Assembly (NCBI GenBank): GCA_964247895.1
Contig: CAXTWG010000007.1
Location: 1,518-65,517, forward strand
DNA length: 64,000 nucleotides
Direction: 5' to 3'
DNA from: an uncultured Acidobacteriaceae bacterium
GTDB taxonomy: Bacteria > Acidobacteriota > Terriglobia > Terriglobales > Acidobacteriaceae
Below the pieces are notes generated by a model. That model saw nothing but the letters and a program-made list of their open reading frames with translations. It had not been told where the DNA came from and made no database searches. Made by a program: the position numbers and the translations under genes. Numbering within the stretch: position 1 is the first letter of the stretch; each line of letters opens with the position of its first letter. Positions 37,259-46,141 of this stretch are shown here, in pieces.

Positions 37259-39232
37259 ATCATCGAAATAGAAAATCACGCACGCGCTTTCAGTCACATC
37301 GCCTACCGGCCCGACATCGACGGTCTGCGCGCCGTCGCTGTGCTGGCGGTCATCGCGTTCCATCTCCAGTTCCGCTTTGCCCTAGGCGGGTTTACCGGCG
37401 TCGACGTATTCTTCGTCATCTCCGGCTTTCTGATTACCTCCATTATCCTGGCCGACATGGATGCCGGCCGGTTTTCGATGAGGGAGTTCTACGTCCGCCG
37501 CATCCGCCGGATTTATCCCGCGCTGGTTGCGGTTTTGCTGGGCACGGCGGCCCTCGCATTTTTGTTTTGCCTGCCCATCGAGCTCACCGATTTCGCCAAG
37601 TCCATGATCGCCGCGAGCCTGTCCGCGTCCAATCTTTACTTCGGGGCGCATTCCGGCTATTTTGAGCCGCTCACGCTGTTCCGCCCGGCCATTCAGACCT
37701 GGTCGCTGGGCGTGGAAGATCAGTTCTACCTCCTGTTTCCGCCTACACTGGTGCTGCTGCGCCGCTGGATGCCCGCACGGCTTACGTTGGCCTTGGGGCT
37801 GCTCGCGGCGGCGAGCTTCGCGGCAAGCGCGGTCGGGGCGTTCCGCTCACCGGAGCTTGCTTTTTTTATGCCCTGGACGCGAGCTTGCGAGTTGCTGCTT
37901 GGGGCTTTGCTCGCCACTGGCGCCGTTCCGCGCGCGCGCTCGCGCCTTCTGCGCGGGATGGCGGCCGGCTTCGGCCTCCTGTTTGTTTTGGCTTCGTTTT
38001 TGCTCATCAACGGTAGGGTGCCCTTTCCAGGGTTCGCGGCTTTGCTGCCCTGCGGGGGCGCGGCGCTGCTTATTTGGTCGGGCCAGGGTCCGGGTCGGGG
38101 ATCAGAGTGGAAACGCGCGTCCGCCGGCGACGCGCCCTTGCCGCCGCCCACATCCGTAGCCCGCCTGCTGGGGACGCGGCCTTTGGTGTTTATCGGGCTT
38201 ATCTCCTACTCGTTGTATCTGTGGCACTGGCCGCTGGTGGTCTTTCAAGGCATCAGCTTTTGGGGCGACGGGCTGCCGCACCGCGTGATTAAGGCCACCC
38301 TGTTCCTGCTCTCCTTGGTGCTCGCCGTGCTGTCTTGGCGGTTTGTGGAGCGGCCTTTCCGCGATGGAGCGTTCCGGCTCCGGGGCGCTGGGGCCTTCCG
38401 CTTCGCCGCTGTCAGCTCGGGTGCGCTGGTGCTGCTCGGGGTGGGCGCACTTGCCTTGCATGGGCTGCCTGGGCGGTTCCCACCGGCGGCGATCGCGGTG
38501 GGGAGCTTTGTCGACCAGAAAGTCAACTACCGGGTCGGCACCTGCATGGTGATCCGCGCGCGCGACTTCAGGCCAGACCCATGCTTAAAGGAAGACCCGT
38601 CCCGGCCCAACTGGTTGTTGATCGGCGACAGCCATGCCGGCGCGCAGTGGCAAGGGTTGGTCCGGGCGTACCCTGGGGTCCACTTTTTGCAGTTGAGTGG
38701 GGCGTCCTGCCGGCCCGACCCGGCGATGACCGCCGGGGACTGCGGCATGCTGATGCAGATGGCCTTCAAGGATTTCCTGCCCAAACACCATGTAGACAGG
38801 ATCGTGGCCGTGGGTCGCTGGGTGTCGACGGACATCGCCACGATTGATCGCCTTGCCGCCTGGACGGGCGCGCGGGGCATTCCACTGACCGTGATCGGCC
38901 CCACGCAGGATTATGAGGAGCCGCTGCCTCGGCTGTTGGCCTACAGCATCATGCGCCGGGATCCCGGCTTGCCGGACCGCCGCCGCACGGCGGCCACCGC
39001 CGAGCTGGATACTGCGCTGGCCGCGCACGCCCGCGAGCAATGGCACGTGCCGTACATCTCTCTCGTCCATATGTTCTGTGACGAAACCGGCTGTCAGGAC
39101 TACGTGGACGCGCGGCACTCCATCCCGCTGCTCGTGGATGAGGACCACTTTACGAACGAAGGGTCGGTGCTGGCCGGGGAGCGAATCGCCGCGGCGCACC
39201 TGTTCCCTGTTCCCGGCCAGGCAGGCCTTTAA
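37259..39232 (+). CDS. Acyltransferase-3 fused to SGNH domain (OafA/OatA-type O-acetyltransferase)
   Basis: YRPDIDGLRAVAV lies upstream of the track start (37340); GVDVFFVISGFLIT, FYVRRIRRIYP, TWSLGVE, SYSLYLWHWP, GDSH, DEDH. Start inferred at ATC 37259/37262. Confidence 0.85.
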   Translation: MIEIENHARAFSHIAYRPDIDGLRAVAVLAVIAFHLQFRFALGGFTGVDVFFVISGFLITSIILADMDAGRFSMREFYVRRIRRIYPALVAVLLGTAALAFLFCLPIELTDFAKSMIAASLSASNLYFGAHSGYFEPLTLFRPAIQTWSLGVEDQFYLLFPPTLVLLRRWMPARLTLALGLLAAASFAASAVGAFRSPELAFFMPWTRACELLLGALLATGAVPRARSRLLRGMAAGFGLLFVLASFLLINGRVPFPGFAALLPCGGAALLIWSGQGPGRGSEWKRASAGDAPLPPPTSVARLLGTRPLVFIGLISYSLYLWHWPLVVFQGISFWGDGLPHRVIKATLFLLSLVLAVLSWRFVERPFRDGAFRLRGAGAFRFAAVSSGALVLLGVGALALHGLPGRFPPAAIAVGSFVDQKVNYRVGTCMVIRARDFRPDPCLKEDPSRPNWLLIGDSHAGAQWQGLVRAYPGVHFLQLSGASCRPDPAMTAGDCGMLMQMAFKDFLPKHHVDRIVAVGRWVSTDIATIDRLAAWTGARGIPLTVIGPTQDYEEPLPRLLAYSIMRRDPGLPDRRRTAATAELDTALAAHAREQWHVPYISLVHMFCDETGCQDYVDARHSIPLLVDEDHFTNEGSVLAGERIAAAHLFPVPGQAGL

Positions 39233-40341
39233 GCCGGTTGCATCACGGGCATCTGCGCCATGGTGGGCCAGTCCGTGTAGCCGCCCTCATTGCCGCCGTA
39301 CCAGTACTCTTTCGGTGCGTCGGCCAGCGGCGCGCCGGTGCGCACGCGCTCGACCAGGTCCGGGTTTGCAAGAAAGGCCCGGCCAAGCGCGAACAGGTCG
39401 GACCGGTGTTCCCGCAACTCCTTGTCTACCAGCTCCATCGAGTACATATTATTACCGATGTAGGTCCTGCCGAACTTGCCGCGCAGCGCGTCGTAGTCGA
39501 CGGCCTCGGCCTCGCGCGTTTGCTGGGTTACGCCTTGGATGACATGGAGGTAGACAAGTCCCAAACGGTCGAGCGCCTCCACATAGCGTCCGTAAAGCTC
39601 GTTCGGGTTGCTGTCGAGCGGAGTGCCGCCCGGCATTGTCGTGCCGGGCGAGATGCGGATCCCGACCCGGCCCGGATCCCCGAACCCATCCAGAACAGCC
39701 TGCACCGCCGCAAGCGGGAAGCGCAAACGGTTCTCGACCGGGCCGCCGTAGTCGTCCGTGCGCCGGTTGGTCGAATCGCGAAGCCACTGGTCGAGGAAGT
39801 AGTTGTTTGCCGAATGTATTTCCACGCCGTCGAAGCCCGCCCGCCGCGCATTCAAGGCAGCCTGGCTGTACTCATCGAGAATGGCCGGAAGCTCACTCGC
39901 CTCCAGGGCGCGAGGAGCTTCGTAGTTCAGCATGCCCTCGTTGGTGAAGGCTTGACCTTCGGGCTTGACCGCCGAGGGCGCGATGGGTAAAGCGCCGCCG
40001 GGCTGAAGCTTGGCGTGCGACAGGCGTCCGGTGTGCCACAGTTGCAGAAAGAACAGACCGCCTGCCTTGTGCACGGCGTCGACGATCGGCTTCCAGGCTT
40101 CGACCTGCGGCTCGCTCCAGATGCCCGGCGTTTTCGCGTAGCCGCGTGCACGCGGCGAGATGTTGGTCGCCTCCGAGATGATCAGCCCGGCGTCGGCGCG
40201 CTGCGCGTAGTATTCGGCGGCGTACGGCGGCGGCACCCCTCCCTCGTCCGAGCGTGAGCGCGTGAGCGGCGCCATCACGATCCGGTTGTTGAGCGTAAGC
40301 GGGCCTAGCTGATAGGGCTTGAAGAGAGCGTCGTGCGGCAT
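39229..40341 (-). CDS. nemA: Old-yellow-enzyme alkene reductase (NemA-like)
   Basis: NRIVMAPLTRSR, YYAQRA, LQLWHTGR, GFDGVEIHSANNY, GRAFLANPDL; ATG 40341 follows AAGGA. Confidence 0.88.
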   Translation of the reverse strand: MPHDALFKPYQLGPLTLNNRIVMAPLTRSRSDEGGVPPPYAAEYYAQRADAGLIISEATNISPRARGYAKTPGIWSEPQVEAWKPIVDAVHKAGGLFFLQLWHTGRLSHAKLQPGGALPIAPSAVKPEGQAFTNEGMLNYEAPRALEASELPAILDEYSQAALNARRAGFDGVEIHSANNYFLDQWLRDSTNRRTDDYGGPVENRLRFPLAAVQAVLDGFGDPGRVGIRISPGTTMPGGTPLDSNPNELYGRYVEALDRLGLVYLHVIQGVTQQTREAEAVDYDALRGKFGRTYIGNNMYSMELVDKELREHRSDLFALGRAFLANPDLVERVRTGAPLADAPKEYWYGGNEGGYTDWPTMAQMPVMQPA

Positions 40342-40466
40342 ACAGGTACATCCTTCTTGAACGGAGCGGTGTACAAGAAGAGATGCCCGCTGAAGGACCT
40401 GCGATGCGGGCCGTTGTGTGCGGTACACTCCCACCAATTGCTGCGTCCTTAGAGGGGAGCATTTAT

Positions 40467-42290
40467 TTGGCCGATACACCTTCGAAGTTGAGGAAGCCAA
40501 GCCGCCGCCGATTTCTTGCGCAAACGGCTTTAACGGCTTTAGGCGCGGCTGCGGCGAAACCTGCGCCGGCGCAGGCTGGGCTGCCGCCCGGTGCGCCTCC
40601 GGCTTTCGGCACCGCTCCTGCATTCGGTCCGGAAGTTTCGCCGATGACCTTTGCGCAGGCTGAAAAGCTGGTGGAGGTCGATCTGAGCGGGAAGGACCGC
40701 GCGAAAGCCGCGGGAAACTGGCGGCAGTCCATGGCTCCCTTGCTGGAGCGACGCGCCGGGCCGCGCAAAGTCGCGCTGCCGGATACGGTCGCGCCCGCGA
40801 CGGTGTGGAACCCGGTGCTGCCGGGCTTCCGTCCCGCAGCTGCAGTCTCGGATGGAGCAGGGGCCATTGCGACGCCAAAAATCAGCCTGCTCCCTGCGAG
40901 CGAGGCCGACATCGCTTTCGCTACTGTCCCGCAACTGGCTGGGTGGATCGCGGACAAACAGATTACCTCCGAGCGGCTGACCCGGATTTACCTCGACCGG
41001 CTCCGGCGCTACACGCCAACCCTTAAATGTGTCATTACACTTACGCCCGAGCTCGCCATGCAGCAGGCGCGGCAGGCAGATGCGGAGCTTGCGACAGGCC
41101 ACTCCCGCGGCCTTCTGCACGGCATTCCGTGGGGCGCGAAGGATCTGCTCGACACTGCGGGCATCCCCACCACCTACGGCGCGGAGCCGTTCCGGAACCG
41201 CATCCCGGAAAAGGACGCGGTCGTGGTCACGCGCCTGCGGGAGGCGGGCGCGGTGCTCGTCGCAAAGCTCTCGCTCGGCGCGCTGGCGCTCAACGATGTA
41301 TGGTTTGGCGGTCAAACCGTAAATCCTTGGAATCTGCAGGAAGGCGCTTCGGGCTCAAGCGCGGGGCCGGGGGCGGCGGTCGCCGCGGGCTTGGTCGGCT
41401 TCGCAATCGGCTCGGAAACAGGTGGCTCGATCGTGAGCCCCAGCATGCGTTGCGGTGTCACGGGTCTGCGGCCTACCTTCGGTCGCGTTGCCCGCACGGG
41501 CGCCATGACGCTGTGCTGGTCGCTCGATAAGCTCGGGCCGATGACACGCGGCGTTCTGGACTCCATGCTCGTGCTCCAGGCGATCAACGGGCCTGATGCC
41601 GGTGATGTTTCAAGCGTGCCCAGCAGGTTCTCCTTCGACGCGGGGCAAAGCGTGCGAGGCCTGCGCGTCGGCTATTTCCCTAAGTGGCTTAATGAAGCGC
41701 CCGCAACGAATATAGACCGTGCCGCGTTTTCGATGTTGCCGAAACTCGGCATGCAGCCCGTCCCGGTTTCGCTCCCGGACTGGCCCTATGACTCGCTCCA
41801 GCTGATCCTTTTTGCCGAAGCGGCTGCTTCGTTTGAGGAGCTGACGCTTTCCGGCAAGTTAGACGAGCTCAAGATGCAGGTGCCGGACGCGTGGCCCAAC
41901 TCCTTTCGGCAGGCCCGCTTTCTTTCCGCTGTGGACTATGTGCAGGCCGACCGGATGCGCCGCCGTGTGGCCGGCGAGATGGCCCGCATCTTCGCCGAGG
42001 TCGACCTGCTGCTAGTCCCCTCGCTGCGCGACGAAACGCTCGTAATTACCAACTTCACGGGCCACCCCTCGCTTACCGTACGCGCCGGGTTCGTCGAGAT
42101 CTCGGAAGCCCGCAGTGACTGGGCGCCCGACCCCGCGCACCCGCTTCCGCGCTTTTCGCCGCCGCGCCGCGTTCCGCATGGGGTTACATTGCTGGGCCGG
42201 CTTTTCGAGGAAGGTACCATAGCACATGCCGGCACAGCGCTTGAAAGCGCCATGGGCGTCGCCGCTGAGCGGCCAAAGGGGTTCTCATGA
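40467..42290 (+). CDS. Amidase-signature family enzyme with Tat leader
   Basis: TTG follows GAGGGGAG; SRRRFL; GAKDLL (Lys), GSSAG, GSETGGSI (Ser-cisSer-Lys). Confidence 0.88.
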   Translation: MADTPSKLRKPSRRRFLAQTALTALGAAAAKPAPAQAGLPPGAPPAFGTAPAFGPEVSPMTFAQAEKLVEVDLSGKDRAKAAGNWRQSMAPLLERRAGPRKVALPDTVAPATVWNPVLPGFRPAAAVSDGAGAIATPKISLLPASEADIAFATVPQLAGWIADKQITSERLTRIYLDRLRRYTPTLKCVITLTPELAMQQARQADAELATGHSRGLLHGIPWGAKDLLDTAGIPTTYGAEPFRNRIPEKDAVVVTRLREAGAVLVAKLSLGALALNDVWFGGQTVNPWNLQEGASGSSAGPGAAVAAGLVGFAIGSETGGSIVSPSMRCGVTGLRPTFGRVARTGAMTLCWSLDKLGPMTRGVLDSMLVLQAINGPDAGDVSSVPSRFSFDAGQSVRGLRVGYFPKWLNEAPATNIDRAAFSMLPKLGMQPVPVSLPDWPYDSLQLILFAEAAASFEELTLSGKLDELKMQVPDAWPNSFRQARFLSAVDYVQADRMRRRVAGEMARIFAEVDLLLVPSLRDETLVITNFTGHPSLTVRAGFVEISEARSDWAPDPAHPLPRFSPPRRVPHGVTLLGRLFEEGTIAHAGTALESAMGVAAERPKGFS

Positions 42291-43405
42291 GATTGCGCGC
42301 ATTGTTTGCTTCGGCAATTGTCATCGCAGTTCAGCTCTACGCCCAGGCTCTCGAGCACAAGGCCGGAAGCGCTTCTCCGGAACTTGCGCAGTACCCCCAT
42401 GCTGTTTCGGCGGACTACACAGCCCACAATTTTCATTTCGACACCGGCGAGCAGCTCGCCGACATGCGCCTGCATTACATCACGCTCGGCCAGCCGCACC
42501 GCAATGCGAAGGGTCATGTGGACAATGCTGTGGTAATTCTTCACGCCACTATCTCGTCCGCCGCCGAGTTTCTCAAGCCCTCGTTCACCGGAGTTCTGTT
42601 CGGTCCCGGGCAGCTGCTCGACGCTGGCACACACTATATCATCCTTCCCGACTCCATCGGCGCCGGCGAATCGTCCAGGCCGAGCGATGGCATGCATATG
42701 CGGTTCCCGAAGTACGGCTATGGCGACATGGTGCGGGCCCAGCACCTCCTGCTCACTGAAGGGCTTGGCGTCGATCACGCACGGTTGATCCTGGGCACCA
42801 GCATGGGCTGCATGCACACCTTTTTATGGGGCGAACTCTACCCCGAGTTCGCGGACGCTTTGATGCCGATCGCCTGCCTGCCGGTGGAAGTCGCAGGGCG
42901 CAACCGCATCGCCCGCACGATGGTTGTCAACGCGATCTTGAATGACCCCAACTTTCAAGGAGGCGAGTACAAGACCGAGCCTATGTACGGCCTCCGCATG
43001 GCCGACGAGATCAAAACCATCATGGTCGCGAGCCCGTTGCAGATGCAGAAGGAGGGGCCGACGGCAGCGCAGGCGGATCAATACTTCACAGGGCTCATTG
43101 ACCGCGACCTCCAGCACCTGGACGCGAACAACTTCGTTTACCTGTTTAGCGCGTCGCGCGATTACAACCCGTTTTCGAAACTCGCATCCATCCAGGTGCC
43201 GCTCACACTCCTTAACTCTGCGGACGACTTTATCGATCCCGCCGAGCTCCACATCGCGGAAAAAACCATTCCCATGATCCCGAAGGGCCGGTACGTCCTG
43301 CTGCCGATCACGGAGCAAACGCGGGGTCATTCCACCTTTGCGCTCCCGGCTCTATGGCAGGGGCAGCTCAAGGAGCTTCTGGAACGGTCCGCTCCGAGGC
43401 CTTAG
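42287..43405 (+). CDS. Exported alpha/beta hydrolase of the homoserine O-acetyltransferase (MetX)-like family
   Basis: Signal peptide; LGTSMG, NSADD, RGH; ATGA overlap with the amidase. Confidence 0.8.
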   Translation: MRLRALFASAIVIAVQLYAQALEHKAGSASPELAQYPHAVSADYTAHNFHFDTGEQLADMRLHYITLGQPHRNAKGHVDNAVVILHATISSAAEFLKPSFTGVLFGPGQLLDAGTHYIILPDSIGAGESSRPSDGMHMRFPKYGYGDMVRAQHLLLTEGLGVDHARLILGTSMGCMHTFLWGELYPEFADALMPIACLPVEVAGRNRIARTMVVNAILNDPNFQGGEYKTEPMYGLRMADEIKTIMVASPLQMQKEGPTAAQADQYFTGLIDRDLQHLDANNFVYLFSASRDYNPFSKLASIQVPLTLLNSADDFIDPAELHIAEKTIPMIPKGRYVLLPITEQTRGHSTFALPALWQGQLKELLERSAPRP

Positions 43406-43563
43406 CCGAGCGTCCCGAAAGCGCACATACAAGAGACGCGCGTTTGTCTGCAAACTTTGGTTTCTGCCGTTGGAGCCCTCTCTACTGGTGAAACCTATGC
43501 CGTTCCGCATAGACTTGGACAGCACCGTCTCCCCGGACCAAAACATAAAGAGCACACACACTC

Positions 43564-45786
43564 ATGCGCAGCCGTTTCTTCCTTGGAACTCTCCTGTTTG
43601 CCGCACTCACGGCAGCCGCCCAAACGCAACCGAACCGCCCCTGGATGAACACAAGTCTGTCTCCGGATGAGCGCGCCGCTCTTGTTCTGAAGGAAATGAC
43701 GCTCGGCGAGAAACTTTCCCTGCTGCACGGCAACGGGATGGCGCGCGAGCCGCAGTGGACGATGCCGCTGACACGCGACTCGAATGGGGGTGCCGGGTAT
43801 ATCAATCCCATTCCCCGGCTCGGCATTCCGGCGGTCGATGTTTCGGATGCTGCATACGGCGTGCGTGCTTCCGGCTCGAACGGGCGCTACTCGACCGCGC
43901 TGCCCTCCAATCTTGGAGCAGCTTCAAGCTGGGATCGCCACGCTGCCTACGAGTACGGCGCGCTGATCGCACGCGAGCTGCGCGCGCAAGGCTTTAATAT
44001 GTCGCTCGGCGGCGGGGTCAACCTGACCCGCGAGCCCCGCAACGGACGCACCTTTGAGTACCTGGGCGAAGACCCGGTGCTGGCCGGGACCCTGGTGGGC
44101 CAGTTGATGACGGCTGAAAAGAACGAGCATGTCATCTCTGACATTAAGCATTACGCCGTCAACGACCAGGAAACGGGCCGCTCCGTGGTCAGCGCGGAGA
44201 TTTCAAAACGCGCCATGCGCGAGTCGGACCTTCTAGCTTTCCAGATCGGCATCCGCGATGCCAAGCCGGGGGCGGTGATGTGCGGATACAACCGCGTGAA
44301 TGGCGTGTACGACTGCGAAAACGACTACCTGCTCCGCGATACGCTCAAGGGCGATTGGAAATTTCCCGGTTTTGTTATCTCCGACTGGGGCGCGACCCAC
44401 TCGACCGTTGCTTCCTCCCACGCGGGCCTGGACCATGAAGAGCCGGTGGATGAGTTTTACGGGCCCGCGCTCAAGAAAGCGGTCGCGAGTAGGGAAGTTT
44501 CCGTAGAGGAAATCGACGACCATGCGCGCCGGATTCTGCGCTCTTACTTCGATGACGGCGTGGTGGACTACCCGGTCGAGCGCCGGGTCGTCGATGTTGA
44601 GCGCGACCTCGATGTCGCGCAAGCGATCGAGGAGGGCTCGATCGTTCTGCTGAAAAACGACCGCAACGTCCTTCCGTTGTCCGAGAAGACCCGCTCCGTA
44701 GCCATCATCGGCGCTCATGCGGATGTAGGCATGCTCTCGGGCGGCGGCTCCGCGCAGGTAGACCCGCCGGGCGGCAACGCGACCAACCCTTCTGAGGGCG
44801 CGATCGTGTTCTCGAACCACACGCATGTGTTCTTCCCCACGTCCCCGCTCAAGCAGCTGCAAGCGGTCTTGCCGGGGGCAAAGGTTGCATTCGACGCCGG
44901 TGATGACCTTGCGGCGGCTGCCGCGCTTGCCAAACAGTCCGAGGTGGCCATCGTCTTCGTGCAGCAGTGGCAGATGGAGTCGATCGACCTGCCTTCATTG
45001 ACTCTGCCGGACAACCAGGATGCGCTTGTGGAGGCGGTGGCCGCGGCCAACCCGCACACCATTGTCGTGCTTGAAACCGGCACCGCCGCCCTGATGCCCT
45101 GGGCGGGCAAGGTCGAGGGCATTGTCGAAACTTGGTACGCGGGCTCCCGCGGTGCCACTGCCCTGGCCCGCGTGCTTGCGGGCTCGGTGAACCCTTCGGG
45201 AAAGCTGGCCATGACCTTCCCCATGAGTGACGCCGACCTGCCGCACCCGACCATCGCGCCCCTGCCCGCGCAGGATAAAGGCCAGGGCACAGGCGCGGTC
45301 AACACGGGCTTCAATAAAGCTTCAAGCTATGCCGTGAAATACGACGAGGGCCTGAAGGTCGGGTATAAGTGGTACGACGCCGAGCAAAAGCCTGTGTTGT
45401 TTCCCTTCGGCTACGGCTTGTCCTACACGAGCTTCACGTACTCCGGCCTACAGGTTGCGCCGGGTGAGACGCCGCAGGTGCGTTTTACCGTGAAGAACAC
45501 GGGCAAGCGTGCCGGGGCGGAGGTGGCTGAGGTGTACGCCGCCCTCCCCACGTCGGCGCAGGAGCCGCCCAAGCGATTGGTCGGCTATGACAAGATCGCG
45601 CTGCAGCCGGGTGAAAGCCGCGAGGTAACGGTCGCTGTCGACCCGCTGTTTCTCGCTGTGTACGACGAGGCGAGCGGCGCGATGAAGGTCATGGCGGGGC
45701 AGTACACGTTCGCGGTTGGAGGGTCATCGCAGGCACTGCCGCTCAAGACGGAAACCACCTTGAGCGCGGCGGAAGTTTCGCGTTAG
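43564..45786 (+). CDS. GH3 beta-glucosidase-like glycoside hydrolase with Fn3-like C-terminus
   Basis: Signal peptide; GRTFEYLGEDP, KHY, VISDWG, VLLKND, PSGKL, GYKWY, FGYGLSYT. Confidence 0.93.
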   Translation: MRSRFFLGTLLFAALTAAAQTQPNRPWMNTSLSPDERAALVLKEMTLGEKLSLLHGNGMAREPQWTMPLTRDSNGGAGYINPIPRLGIPAVDVSDAAYGVRASGSNGRYSTALPSNLGAASSWDRHAAYEYGALIARELRAQGFNMSLGGGVNLTREPRNGRTFEYLGEDPVLAGTLVGQLMTAEKNEHVISDIKHYAVNDQETGRSVVSAEISKRAMRESDLLAFQIGIRDAKPGAVMCGYNRVNGVYDCENDYLLRDTLKGDWKFPGFVISDWGATHSTVASSHAGLDHEEPVDEFYGPALKKAVASREVSVEEIDDHARRILRSYFDDGVVDYPVERRVVDVERDLDVAQAIEEGSIVLLKNDRNVLPLSEKTRSVAIIGAHADVGMLSGGGSAQVDPPGGNATNPSEGAIVFSNHTHVFFPTSPLKQLQAVLPGAKVAFDAGDDLAAAAALAKQSEVAIVFVQQWQMESIDLPSLTLPDNQDALVEAVAAANPHTIVVLETGTAALMPWAGKVEGIVETWYAGSRGATALARVLAGSVNPSGKLAMTFPMSDADLPHPTIAPLPAQDKGQGTGAVNTGFNKASSYAVKYDEGLKVGYKWYDAEQKPVLFPFGYGLSYTSFTYSGLQVAPGETPQVRFTVKNTGKRAGAEVAEVYAALPTSAQEPPKRLVGYDKIALQPGESREVTVAVDPLFLAVYDEASGAMKVMAGQYTFAVGGSSQALPLKTETTLSAAEVSR

Positions 45787-45827
45787 AGGCGTATTGTAAG
45801 ACACAGGCCCGGGTAAGGAGAAGCAGC

Positions 45828-46064
45828 ATGCACGATGGTCTACAAATCGGAACGCTGGCGGCCATCCTGTTCGGGATCATGCTGAACAGGTATGACGTAG
45901 CAGCTTTGCGCAAGGAGATGCGCGCAGACATGGCGGAACTGCGCAAGGAGATGCGCGAGGGTATGGCAGCGCTACGAGCGGACGTGCATCGCAGTACGAG
46001 CATGTTGACCGAACTGCTCTTCCAACACGCCGAACGCATCACGAAACTCGAAAGCAAGCAGTAA
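45828..46064 (+). CDS. Small membrane-anchored coiled-coil protein with 11-aa repeats
   Basis: AAGGAG SD; hydrophobic N-terminus; LRKEMR repeated with 33-bp DNA periodicity. Confidence 0.7.
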   Translation: MHDGLQIGTLAAILFGIMLNRYDVAALRKEMRADMAELRKEMREGMAALRADVHRSTSMLTELLFQHAERITKLESKQ

Positions 46065-46141
46065 CGCGGCGGCCGCGCCAACCGCCACGAAACAAAAGAA
46101 GGGTGGCATTGTACGCAACCGCGTATACACTGCTGCTACCT

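Noticed and set aside
40342-40878. N-terminal extension of the 549-aa nemA ORF, and similar extensions of ORFs 17647, 18952, 21246, 31592, 33163 and 61397
   Set aside because: They overlap neighbouring genes or promoters; downstream starts fit the family N-termini better.
45907-45981. Direct repeats as a possible mini-CRISPR
   Set aside because: 33-bp in-frame coding periodicity, no unique spacers and no cas genes.
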